Of a stretch of 64,000 nucleotides of DNA, positions 33,976-43,573 are shown piece after piece. Each line of letters opens with the position of its first letter. The first letter of the stretch is position 1. Location of the stretch: the NCBI GenBank assembly GCA_964573285.1, contig CAZNJD010000005.1, forward strand, positions 19,909 to 83,908, written 5' to 3'. The stretch is from an uncultured Sulfurovum sp. Its GTDB lineage: Bacteria; Campylobacterota; Campylobacteria; Campylobacterales; Sulfurovaceae. The position numbers and the translations under genes are program-made. The notes under the pieces were generated by a model. The model searched no databases, was not told the DNA's origin, and saw only the letters and a list, made by a program, of their open reading frames with translations.

Positions 33976-34920
33976 ATGTTAAAAAAAGATATAAAAGTTT
34001 TTGACTGTACAATTAGAGATGGAGGCTTGGTAAATAACTATCACTTTACAGATGAGTTTGTAAAAGGTGTATATCAAACCTGTTTAGATGCAGGTATCGA
34101 CTATATGGAGATAGGTAAAAATAACTCTCCTACGCTTATGAGTGATAAAGAGTTTGGTGTTTGGAACTTCTCTAAAGAGGAAGATATTAGAAGGATTGTT
34201 GGTGATAACAATACAAATATGAAAATAGCTGTAATGTCTGATATAGGTAGAACACTCAAAGAAGAACTTTTACCTAAAGAAAAATCTGTAGTTGATATGA
34301 TTAGAATAGCTACCTATGTTCATCAAATACCAGAAGCTATAGAGCTTATAGAAGAAGCCCATGCCAAAGGATATGAGACTACTGTAAATATAATGGCAAT
34401 AGCTAAATCTTCTGATAGCCAAATCGATGAGGTACTCGAAGCTGTAGGAAAAACTAATGTAGATGTCATATATATAGCTGATACATTTGGTTCTTTTCAT
34501 CCTCAAGAGATTAGAGAACTAAGCAAAAAATATCTTGATATTGCAAATGCTACTGGTAAAGAGATAGGAATTCATGCTCATAATAATATACAATTAGCTT
34601 ATGCAAATACTATAGAAGCTATGACACATGGGACAAGCTTTTTAGACTGTACTATATCTGGATTGGGAAGAGGAGCTGGAAACTGCCCTACAGAACTTCT
34701 TGTTAACTTCTTAAAAAATCCAAAATATAAGCAACTACCTATACTTAAATTTATAGAAGAGTTTATCGTTCCTTTAGAAAAAGAGTTAGATTGGGGATAT
34801 AGTATCCCATATATGATAACAGGGCAACTTGTAGAACATCCAAGGTCAGCAATAAAAGCTAGAAATGAAGATGATACTAAACATGTTGAGTTCTATAATA
34901 GATTAGTAGAAAAAGATTAA
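33976..34920 (+). CDS. DRE-TIM metallolyase (HMGL-like, 4-hydroxy-2-oxovalerate aldolase-like)
   Basis: DCTIRDGG, IADTFG, GIHAHNN, GLGRGAGNCPTE. Confidence 0.85.
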   Translation: MLKKDIKVFDCTIRDGGLVNNYHFTDEFVKGVYQTCLDAGIDYMEIGKNNSPTLMSDKEFGVWNFSKEEDIRRIVGDNNTNMKIAVMSDIGRTLKEELLPKEKSVVDMIRIATYVHQIPEAIELIEEAHAKGYETTVNIMAIAKSSDSQIDEVLEAVGKTNVDVIYIADTFGSFHPQEIRELSKKYLDIANATGKEIGIHAHNNIQLAYANTIEAMTHGTSFLDCTISGLGRGAGNCPTELLVNFLKNPKYKQLPILKFIEEFIVPLEKELDWGYSIPYMITGQLVEHPRSAIKARNEDDTKHVEFYNRLVEKD

Positions 34921-36116
34921 CTTTTTCTACTAAGAATATCTACTATTTTGGTAACCACCAAATCCGAAGTAACATTAAGAGAAGTTCGAGCCATATCTAA
35001 AATCCTATCAACAGCTACTATAATTGCTAAATACTCAACAGGTAATCCTATTTGATTTAATATAACCACCATCATAACTAGTGATGCACTAGGCAATGCA
35101 GCTACACCAACACTCAAAGCTACAACAGTAAGACCCAAAACTAATTGGTCACCTATAGTCATAACAACTCCTGCTAGATTGGCAATATAGAGAACTGCTA
35201 TAGTCAAATAAGCAGCCGTTCCATCCATAGAAACAGTAGCTCCAAGAGGTAGTACAAATCCAGCACTATCTTTGCTTACTCCACCTTTTTCTTGCACCAC
35301 TTTGAGACTCACAGGCAAAGTTGCAGCACTTGATGCTGTAGAAAAAGCCATAATAGGTGCTTCTTTTATCTTATTGAGATAACTATATGGATTTATTTTA
35401 CCGAGAAAAGCCAAAAGCATAGGCAATGATACTATTCCATGAATTATAATAACAAGAAATACAACAATCACATAAGCCCATAAATTTAAAATTACATCAA
35501 TACCTTGTTTGGCAATAATATAAGAGATAAGAGAGAATACACCTATTGGAGTCAGATTTATAACCCATTGAGCAATAAAAAACATCGCATTATTGATAGC
35601 CGTAAAAAAATCAAATAAGACCTCTTGATATTTCTCTTCTAATTTAAATGATGCCATAGCCAAAAATATAGCAAATATAATAACCTGCATCATAGAACCT
35701 GTTGCTAGAGAGTTAAATACATTGGAGGGAATAAAGCTCATAATCATATCATGAAAAGAGAATGGCTTAATCTCTGTAGCTTTGGCATACTCCAAACCTG
35801 CTGAACTCATAGGTTCACCAATATGAACTACATTCATAACAATAATAGCCAATAGAACAGCCAATGCTGTTGTAATAAGATAGAGACTAATAGTTTTAAG
35901 TCCTATATTTTTCAGTTTTTCAACTGAACCTAAACCTGTCAAAGCTGTATATATAGAAGCAAAAACCAAAGGAACAACTAACATTTTAAGCAAAGCTACA
36001 AACATATCTCCAATAAGTTTCTGCTCCAAAGCTAGAGTTGGTAATAGTATTCCAAAAGCGATACCCAGTATTATACCTATAAATACTTGGACATTGAGTG
36101 ATTTTAAATAGTGCAT
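34917..36116 (-). CDS. Dicarboxylate/amino acid:cation symporter (DAACS)
   Basis: LLKMLVVPLVF, AFSTASSAATLP, LGATVSMDGT, VDRILDMART. Confidence 0.93.
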   Translation of the reverse strand: MHYLKSLNVQVFIGIILGIAFGILLPTLALEQKLIGDMFVALLKMLVVPLVFASIYTALTGLGSVEKLKNIGLKTISLYLITTALAVLLAIIVMNVVHIGEPMSSAGLEYAKATEIKPFSFHDMIMSFIPSNVFNSLATGSMMQVIIFAIFLAMASFKLEEKYQEVLFDFFTAINNAMFFIAQWVINLTPIGVFSLISYIIAKQGIDVILNLWAYVIVVFLVIIIHGIVSLPMLLAFLGKINPYSYLNKIKEAPIMAFSTASSAATLPVSLKVVQEKGGVSKDSAGFVLPLGATVSMDGTAAYLTIAVLYIANLAGVVMTIGDQLVLGLTVVALSVGVAALPSASLVMMVVILNQIGLPVEYLAIIVAVDRILDMARTSLNVTSDLVVTKIVDILSRKS

Positions 36117-36198
36117 TTATTTCCTTATAAATTTTAATATTATTTACCAATATTTGGTAATTATGATAAATCAGGAGTATCAACTACTCCCAAAAGTA

Positions 36199-36972
36199 TT
36201 ATTGAGTTAATAATCTAATAGTTAGAAATGGAGTTAATGCGTTAGCAACTAACTGAAATATTGGATTAATTTCATCAATTTTATTATTGAATATTTGCAT
36301 ACCTTTTGGTACAACATAAACAATATCATTAGGTCGTATCATTTGATTAGCTGTTTGGATAGAGTTTGTATCAGTTAAACTAACAATTTTAGTCAAAATA
36401 GTATCTCCACGATTTTTCATAATCATAATAGATTGTCGATTAGCTCCATTGGTTAAATCTCCTGCAATAGAGAGAAGTTGAAGTAGTGGAACCTGTTCAT
36501 TTCGAAGCTCAATCGGACCTGGATGATGGACTTCTCCTAATACAAATGCTCTTTTGTTTAATACCTCAATCTGTACACTTGGATGATTAAGATACTCTCT
36601 AAATTTTCTCTCTAATAACTGTTGTGCTTGAGGTTGAGTAAGTCCTGCCACTTTGACATCATTAATTAGAGGCAATCGAATAATACCATTAGAATTAACC
36701 AAAATACCTTGCCCCAAACTATTAGCACCTACTTGATTAGCAGAGGTACTAAGTTCAGGATGTTTATAAGTGGATATAGAGACTCTATCATGAGGTCGAA
36801 TTTTATACTCAAACTTAGCAGAAGCCAATCTTGTCTCTATGGGATGATTTAGATTTTGAGGAGCAGTTCCATTTTGTAATGTATCTGTTTGATTAAACAG
36901 TACAAACTCATTTTTGCTACTACAGGCTGTTATATTTATTATTAATATAATATATAATATATATTGCTTCAA
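36199..36972 (-). CDS. Wza-like polysaccharide export outer-membrane lipoprotein
   Basis: Lipobox ITA/C; YKIRPHDRV, GIIRLPLI, VAGLT, VLGEV, AGDLT (Poly_export plus SLBB); amphipathic C-terminus. Confidence 0.88.
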   Translation of the reverse strand: MKQYILYIILIINITACSSKNEFVLFNQTDTLQNGTAPQNLNHPIETRLASAKFEYKIRPHDRVSISTYKHPELSTSANQVGANSLGQGILVNSNGIIRLPLINDVKVAGLTQPQAQQLLERKFREYLNHPSVQIEVLNKRAFVLGEVHHPGPIELRNEQVPLLQLLSIAGDLTNGANRQSIMIMKNRGDTILTKIVSLTDTNSIQTANQMIRPNDIVYVVPKGMQIFNNKIDEINPIFQLVANALTPFLTIRLLTQ

Positions 36973-37173
36973 CTTTTTCCTTATTAATTTCTATTATAGA
37001 GATTTTTTGAGAGATATCTCAACTCTGCGTAATAGTATATCGCAAATAATATTAGAAAATATTAATAGTTATTTTTTTAATGATTTTTATCAAAAAAAAT
37101 ATTGATAAACTTAACTTTTACAACTTCTAAACAATTAAAACAATTATAATAATAGTATGATAAAATATATTCA

Positions 37174-38868
37174 ATGAAAAAATATCTAATAATCTTAATA
37201 CTATTTACTTTATATATAAATGCCAAAATATTTCATAATATAGAATTCAAAGGTGATATTGACCTCCTTGCAGGAGAGTTTGATAGAGCTACTCTACTCA
37301 AAATTTGTCATATTGAATATCCTCCTATATATAAAATTTGGAAAAAAGACCCACTCTTTGAGAGTAAACAGATAGATGATTTTGTAGAGAACTTGACCAA
37401 TTATACACGAAGTATGGGGTACTATAAAGCTAAAGTCTATGCCAAAACAAAAGATGATACCATAGTATTACGAATAATCAAAAACAGACCTATTAAAATA
37501 AAATCTATTCATATGGATAAGGAGTTTAAGAGATTTGCTCTATTTAAACAAGGAAAAAGGTTTCGTACTAGAGAGTTCACACAAACCAAAAAAAAAATAA
37601 CTCGCTATCTCGAAGAGCATGGTTATCCTAATTATAATATGAAAGCACGAGCTTTAATTGATTTGGATTTGTATGAGGTTAAAATAGATATAAAAATTAA
37701 CAAAGGTCAAAAACGATATTTCGGAAAAACTGATATAAATAATAGCTCTAAAATAGATAATGAACTTATTACAGAACAGATAAAATATAAAGAAGATGAA
37801 CTATATGATATATCGAAACTCGAAGAGAGTTATGATAATATATATAGATTGGGTGTATTTGATAAGATAAAAATAGAGTCTGATTTTAATGATAGTAATA
37901 CCTCAACAGATATAAATATAGTTTTAGAAGAGGGAAAAACCAAAGAGTTTACTTCACGATTAGGGTATGATACTTATGAAGGATTTAGAGGTGGAGCTGA
38001 ATATATTGACCATAATTTTTTGGGAAATCTAAGAGAATTCAAACTAGGTGCTAAATTAACACAAAAAGGGTATAAAGCTCATACAGATTTTTATGACCCA
38101 AAAGTAGTTGAACCTTTAATCGGTAAATTCAATCTTAGAAATGAGTTAAGTTATCAAAATTGGAGATATGATGGATATAATGAAGGACTAATGATAGAGA
38201 AAGTGACATTAGGCAAAGAGTTTTTCAATCTTAATCACTTCTTTGGTTTTCAGATTGAGAATAATAAAATAAAATCAGATAATGGAGCATTATTAAGTGG
38301 AACTTATCTAATCAATTCTCTATTTTATCGGCTTGTAATTGATAAAAGAGATTCTACTTTAGATGCAAAAAATGGCTACTATACATCTTTATATATAGAA
38401 AAAGCAATGACCCAATTAGCTTCTCAAATAGATTATCTCAAGATATTAGCAGAGGGTAGATATATTAAAGAGTATGACCCTTTTGTTTTCGCATTCAAAA
38501 CTAGATTAGGATGGTTAAGCCAAGATACACCACTATTTAAACACTTTTTTGCAGGTGGAGCTATGAGTAATCGTGGGTTTGAGTATAGAGATTTAGGCCC
38601 TCATTATGATGGTGACCCTATCGGTGGAGTAGGAATGATAGATAGCTCTTTGGAGAGTAGATATTATCTTACTGAAAATTTTTCTGTAGTTGGATTTATA
38701 GATGCTTCTAGCATCTCACAAAAAGTTGATAACTATAACTCTGAATGGTTTAGAAGCTATGGTATGGGAGTTCGTTATTTATCTATAATTGGTCCTTTAA
38801 GATTTGATATTGGGTTTAGAGAAGATTATAATTTTGCAATACATTTAGGAATTGGACAAGTATTTTGA
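37174..38868 (+). CDS. TamA-like Omp85 family outer-membrane protein
   Basis: Signal peptide, POTRA-like GYY/GYP segments, FFAGGAMSNRGF, GVRYLSIIGPLRFDIG, C-terminal GIGQVF. Confidence 0.88.
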   Translation: MKKYLIILILFTLYINAKIFHNIEFKGDIDLLAGEFDRATLLKICHIEYPPIYKIWKKDPLFESKQIDDFVENLTNYTRSMGYYKAKVYAKTKDDTIVLRIIKNRPIKIKSIHMDKEFKRFALFKQGKRFRTREFTQTKKKITRYLEEHGYPNYNMKARALIDLDLYEVKIDIKINKGQKRYFGKTDINNSSKIDNELITEQIKYKEDELYDISKLEESYDNIYRLGVFDKIKIESDFNDSNTSTDINIVLEEGKTKEFTSRLGYDTYEGFRGGAEYIDHNFLGNLREFKLGAKLTQKGYKAHTDFYDPKVVEPLIGKFNLRNELSYQNWRYDGYNEGLMIEKVTLGKEFFNLNHFFGFQIENNKIKSDNGALLSGTYLINSLFYRLVIDKRDSTLDAKNGYYTSLYIEKAMTQLASQIDYLKILAEGRYIKEYDPFVFAFKTRLGWLSQDTPLFKHFFAGGAMSNRGFEYRDLGPHYDGDPIGGVGMIDSSLESRYYLTENFSVVGFIDASSISQKVDNYNSEWFRSYGMGVRYLSIIGPLRFDIGFREDYNFAIHLGIGQVF

Positions 38869-41800
38869 AAAAATTACTACTACTCCCCTACTCTATTACT
38901 CGTTGGCTAATAATTATTACTATATTTGTGACCATACTACTACTTACGGTAATTGAAGCACCTAGCATCGCACTTAAATTAGCTTCACAACCTCTCGAAG
39001 AACAAGGAATTACTTATAAAAGTATAAAAGGTGGAATTTTATCAGGTTTTAGGCTCACAGGAGTAAACTATCAAAATAAAATTAAAGCCAAAGAGGTATC
39101 TCTAAAAGTTGATTGGGAAAAGTTGAAAAATAGAGTAATATATATAAATCACATAAAATTAGAGGATTTAGAAATAGACAAAGATTATCTTAGTTCGCTA
39201 ATTAATTCAGATAGTAGTGATGAAAATAATAGCTCTTTAGCATTTGATAAACTAATACTCAATAATACAGATATAAGTATAAAAAATCTTATATATGACA
39301 AATATAGAATTAATAGTGCCAAGTTACATATAAAACACTTTGTAACTGATATGAAAAAACAGTATAGAGGAGATATAAAACTAGAACTAAATAGTAATGT
39401 AGCTAAAATTAATCTCAATGCTATTATTAGAGATGATTTCGTTAAATTAACTTCTAATATGAAGATAGAAAAAGATTCTATACAACCTTATTTAAATGAT
39501 AAAAATATTACCCTAACTAACAATCCTGAATTTATATTAAAAGCAGATGGAACTATAAAAAAGGTTAACTATCATCTGATTACTAAAAGATTAGAGATAA
39601 AACAGAATAGGTATAGTATAGAAAGTAAAAAACTAATACTTATAGGTGATTATACTCAAAACCAAAATATAAATGCTAAATTAGATACTATCCTAGATGG
39701 TAATATGGCTTATCTCAAATTAAAAGGTGATACCAAATTAAATCTAAAAGATTTAAATAAAACTCTAAAATTTAATCTAAAAGCAAACTTATTGCTAAAT
39801 AAAAATTTTGTAGAGTCTCAAATACCTGACAAAAACCTATCTATTGAAAATATAGCACCTATAGATATAGAAGCTAAAGGTAACCTAAAAAAAACTATAT
39901 TTGAGATAAATCATAATGGATTAAAAATACAATACAACAGATTATTATTAAATATTCCATCTATGCTATTACAAGGAGATATAAATTTATCTAATGGAGC
40001 AAAACTTACTATACAAACCCATACACAACTCAATATCAAACAAAATAAGATAGTGTCTAATCTAATACTTTCTACAACACCTATTGAATTTGATATACCA
40101 AATCATAGAACCAAAGGTAGCCTAAAACTAATAAACTCATCAAAAGATATGAACTTTGATATTAGAAGTAGATTTGATGGAGATTATACAGACCCCAAAA
40201 AAATAGAGACCCAAACAGAAGCCAATATCAAAAAATTTAATCTCTTTGGTATTAATCTAAACCCTATTGTACCGTTGAGATTAGATATAAAAAATAGCTT
40301 ATTGGGAGCAAAAGTCATTATAAATTCAGAAAGAATTAAACTCCATGCCACAACTCTTGATTATGACCATATTAAATTTCATTTAAAAACTAGAAATTTA
40401 TATCTATATAAAATAGTAGAGCTACCCGATGAATTACAACATAAATTTGTCAAACTAGATTTAAAAGGAGATGCTACAATATCAAAACAGTATGGTAATA
40501 TTGAGGGGTATATCGACTCTAACAAAAAATTCAAAGCCAAATTAGATATACATAATAATAAATCAGGTCTCAATGCCAATATAGCTACTCAACATCTTAA
40601 ACTCAAAGCCAAGGGGAATATAAACAAAAAAGATATAAAAGCCCAAATAGATATAGACTCACTCAAAGAGTTACAACAAGAACTAACTAAACTATATCCT
40701 TTTAAAAAGTTTGATATAGATGGTTCTCTAAAATTCAATACTAAATTAAAAGGAGAACAAATCTGGATGGAGAGTAGCTCTCCTAAACTAAAACTAAATG
40801 GATTTAGTATTGAGTCTCTTGATATTGATGCCGACTATAATAATAAGCTTATCACTCTAAACAAGTTCAATTTCAAAACTACAGGATTTAAAGATAAAAG
40901 ACAAAACAAAGAGGTATATTTAAATAAAAAAGGGAAAATCTATCTAGGAGAGAATAAAAAAATAGATATAGATATGCACCCGAATATTCGTATTAAAGCC
41001 AATGGTAATAATAATAAGTTAGATGGGAAAGTAACTATAAAACAGCTCCCATTAGGTCATCCTGACTATGGTAGTATGTTTTTTAATTGTAATATAAATT
41101 ATCAACAAAGAGGTTTAGATAAGAGTATAATAGGTACTATTTCAATGAAAGAGATGAAACTATTCTATCAAGCTAAATTTTTGGATGTTGATTATGACCC
41201 TGATATAGTAGTAATTACCAAAAGAGACAAAAAAAGAAAACTAAAATCCGAAGATAACTCATTTCTAAATCATACAAAAATAGATGTAACTATCCAAGCC
41301 TCACAAGCTATATATAAAACACCTGATATAGATTTGATATTTGATATTGACCTCAAAGCAGATAAACAATATGGTAAAGATTTAGCACTATTAGGAAAAA
41401 TAAAAGATATAAACGGACATTTCGACCAAATACCAAAAAGATTTGAAATAGAACACTCCAATATTGTATTCAAGGGTGGCAAAAAGATTAATCCTCTACT
41501 TGATATAAAAGTTAAATACGAGTTACCACAAGTAATTATCCATATAGATATAGGAGGAGATGCCAATCGTCCCAAACTAGAGTTTAGTTCTGAACCACCA
41601 ATGCCTAAAAAAGATATAATGTCATATCTATTATTAGGAATATCAACAAGTAATCTTAGTAATGGAAATGGTTCATTAGAAAGAGAAGCAGAGCTATTTA
41701 TCATAAATCAAGCTGCTAGAGATTTAGCTTATGAGTTTGAATTAGATAGAGTATTTGTCAAAGATGATGGTACAGGAGAGGGCTATGCTATAGAAGTAGG

Positions 41801-41969
41801 GAAAAAAATAAGTAAAAAGAATATGCTAATTATAGAAAATTCTACCCAAGGGAATAGTTTTATACTAGAGCATAATATAAATAAAAATATCAAAGTTAAA
41901 ATTGGACAACATCAAAAAGAACATCCATCACAAAGTATAGATATCTATTTTCAAAAAAGGTTTAAGTAG
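38865..41969 (+). CDS. TamB-like translocation/assembly module protein
   Basis: N-terminal anchor, long beta-rich body, C-terminal DUF490-like NPLLDI, FSSEPPMPKKDIMSYLLLG; overlaps the tamA stop. Confidence 0.85.
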   Translation: MKKLLLLPYSITRWLIIITIFVTILLLTVIEAPSIALKLASQPLEEQGITYKSIKGGILSGFRLTGVNYQNKIKAKEVSLKVDWEKLKNRVIYINHIKLEDLEIDKDYLSSLINSDSSDENNSSLAFDKLILNNTDISIKNLIYDKYRINSAKLHIKHFVTDMKKQYRGDIKLELNSNVAKINLNAIIRDDFVKLTSNMKIEKDSIQPYLNDKNITLTNNPEFILKADGTIKKVNYHLITKRLEIKQNRYSIESKKLILIGDYTQNQNINAKLDTILDGNMAYLKLKGDTKLNLKDLNKTLKFNLKANLLLNKNFVESQIPDKNLSIENIAPIDIEAKGNLKKTIFEINHNGLKIQYNRLLLNIPSMLLQGDINLSNGAKLTIQTHTQLNIKQNKIVSNLILSTTPIEFDIPNHRTKGSLKLINSSKDMNFDIRSRFDGDYTDPKKIETQTEANIKKFNLFGINLNPIVPLRLDIKNSLLGAKVIINSERIKLHATTLDYDHIKFHLKTRNLYLYKIVELPDELQHKFVKLDLKGDATISKQYGNIEGYIDSNKKFKAKLDIHNNKSGLNANIATQHLKLKAKGNINKKDIKAQIDIDSLKELQQELTKLYPFKKFDIDGSLKFNTKLKGEQIWMESSSPKLKLNGFSIESLDIDADYNNKLITLNKFNFKTTGFKDKRQNKEVYLNKKGKIYLGENKKIDIDMHPNIRIKANGNNNKLDGKVTIKQLPLGHPDYGSMFFNCNINYQQRGLDKSIIGTISMKEMKLFYQAKFLDVDYDPDIVVITKRDKKRKLKSEDNSFLNHTKIDVTIQASQAIYKTPDIDLIFDIDLKADKQYGKDLALLGKIKDINGHFDQIPKRFEIEHSNIVFKGGKKINPLLDIKVKYELPQVIIHIDIGGDANRPKLEFSSEPPMPKKDIMSYLLLGISTSNLSNGNGSLEREAELFIINQAARDLAYEFELDRVFVKDDGTGEGYAIEVGKKISKKNMLIIENSTQGNSFILEHNINKNIKVKIGQHQKEHPSQSIDIYFQKRFK

Positions 41970-41994
41970 AGTGCAAATGTAAATTGATTTGTAA

Positions 41995-42066
41995 AATAGA
42001 GTCACTAAAACTCTTCTAAGGAATATGGTCTTGATTATTTTATAGAAAATAGTGTCGGAGTCAATT
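41995..42066 (+). promoter_or_regulatory. Three spaced AATAnnGTC motifs upstream of the RAYT-SapC gene
   Basis: AATAGAGTC (41995), AATATGGTC (42022), AATAGTGTC(GGAGTCAATT) (42048); spacing 27 and 26 bp; TATAAT at 42093. Confidence 0.4.
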
Positions 42067-42126
42067 TAACTTATTTTTAAGTGAACCTAGTTTATAATGC
42101 TATTTATAGATTATAAAGGAGAATAT

Positions 42127-43536
42127 TTGGCTCGTAAGGTTAGAATTTTTGTAAAAGATACAGCTCAACATATTATCTTAAAAGGTATCAATGGGATTGA
42201 TATTTTTAAAGATTCGTTAGACTATACTCTATTTTTATCTATGATAAAAGATATAAAAGAGAATGTAGAGATAGATATACACTCTTATGTGTTAATGCCA
42301 AGCTATTTTGAATTTGTAGCTACTCCTGTAAATGAGAATAGTATATCTAAATTTATGCAGAGTTTAGGAAGACGATTTGTTGGATATTTTAATAAAAAAT
42401 ATAATCGAAGAGGAACTTTATGGGATGGGCGATATAAATCATCTATTGTAGAAGATAGTTATCTTTTTAATGTAATGAGATATATCGAATCTAGCCCTAT
42501 TAGAGAGGGATTGGTATCTGATGCCACCACTTATAAATATAGTAGTATCCATAATAATCTATTAAATGAAAAAAATAAAATAATCACTCCTCCTAAATGT
42601 TATAAAGAGTTAGGATATAGGGATGAAGATAGAATACAACGATATTCTCAGATTTTTTACGCTCAAATAAATAATAATGTAGAAAATTTTATAATAAATT
42701 GTTTAGAGAGACAACTTATTACAGGAAGTAAATCGTTTATTAAAGAACTAGAAAAACTTATAGGAATAACTCTTCGTGCGAAACCAAGAGGGCGACCTAA
42801 AAAAAATATTAAAAATCAAGGAAAGAAAAAGATGTATAAAAAGTTAGTAGTATTGGACAAAAAAGCACATAGTAATCTAAAAGTAAATCCAATGAAAGAT
42901 TTAAATTTTGCAAAAGGTAGTGCATTTATTCCTGTTATTGCCAATGAGGTAGCACTTGTAGGAAACACTTTTCCTATAGTCTTTACAGCAGAAGATAATC
43001 CATCATTGGTAGCTCTCGTTTCACTCGGTGGAGATAGTTTAGCAATCAACCATGAGGGAAAATGGGTTACAAAATATGTCCCATCATTTATAAGAAAATA
43101 TCCATTTGCAATTGCTAGTACAGAAGATAATCCAAATCAAAAAGTAATACTAATTGATGAAGAGTCAAATTTAGTATCCACTACAGATGGAAATGAACTA
43201 TTTTTAGAAGATGGTAAACAGAGTGATATACTTAAAAATGCTATTGAGTTCTTAACAAATCATGAAAATCAGATGATAATTACTAAAAATGTTGCAAAAG
43301 CTATTAGTGATAGTGGAATATTAGAAGATAGAGAGATAGCAGTAGGAGAGGGAGAAGAAAAACAAATTTTAGTAAATGGATTTAAAGTTGTAGATAGAGA
43401 GAAATTGAATGCTCTTAGTGATGATATTTTAGCTAATTGGGTTAGAAAAGGAATTATTAGCTTAATTGATGCTCACCTTAAATCATTAGAGCATATTGAG
43501 ACACTATTTACTATCGCCCAACAAAGACAAAGCTAA
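42127..43536 (+). CDS. Fusion of a HUH-less REP-associated tyrosine transposase (RAYT/Y1) domain and SapC; probable start TTG 42127, with a second in-frame start ATG 42832 for SapC alone
   Basis: N-half: MARKVR, HIILKG...IF, IHSYVLMP, FMQSLGRRFVGYFNKKYNRRGTLWDGRYKS, RYIE, YKYSS, KPRGRPKK. C-half: FPIVF, YVPSFIRKYPF, GFKVVDREKL, IDAHLKSL (SapC). Confidence 0.85.
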   Translation: MARKVRIFVKDTAQHIILKGINGIDIFKDSLDYTLFLSMIKDIKENVEIDIHSYVLMPSYFEFVATPVNENSISKFMQSLGRRFVGYFNKKYNRRGTLWDGRYKSSIVEDSYLFNVMRYIESSPIREGLVSDATTYKYSSIHNNLLNEKNKIITPPKCYKELGYRDEDRIQRYSQIFYAQINNNVENFIINCLERQLITGSKSFIKELEKLIGITLRAKPRGRPKKNIKNQGKKKMYKKLVVLDKKAHSNLKVNPMKDLNFAKGSAFIPVIANEVALVGNTFPIVFTAEDNPSLVALVSLGGDSLAINHEGKWVTKYVPSFIRKYPFAIASTEDNPNQKVILIDEESNLVSTTDGNELFLEDGKQSDILKNAIEFLTNHENQMIITKNVAKAISDSGILEDREIAVGEGEEKQILVNGFKVVDREKLNALSDDILANWVRKGIISLIDAHLKSLEHIETLFTIAQQRQS

Positions 43537-43573
43537 GAAGTATCAAAATAATTTATTAGAGGAGCAAAACTCA

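Noticed and set aside
36144..36160. Inverted repeat TTACCAA-TAT-TTGGTAA upstream of the DAACS gene
   Set aside because: Possible operator, but a single short instance with no regulator to assign
37588..37597. A10 tract in tamA as a phase-variation site
   Set aside because: In frame, encodes a Lys run, and A-runs are common here; no poly-G/C tracts were seen
42097..42831. Active IS200/IS605 insertion sequence
   Set aside because: No HUH motif, no tnpB and no terminal hairpins seen; motifs fit the RAYT class and the ORF continues into SapC
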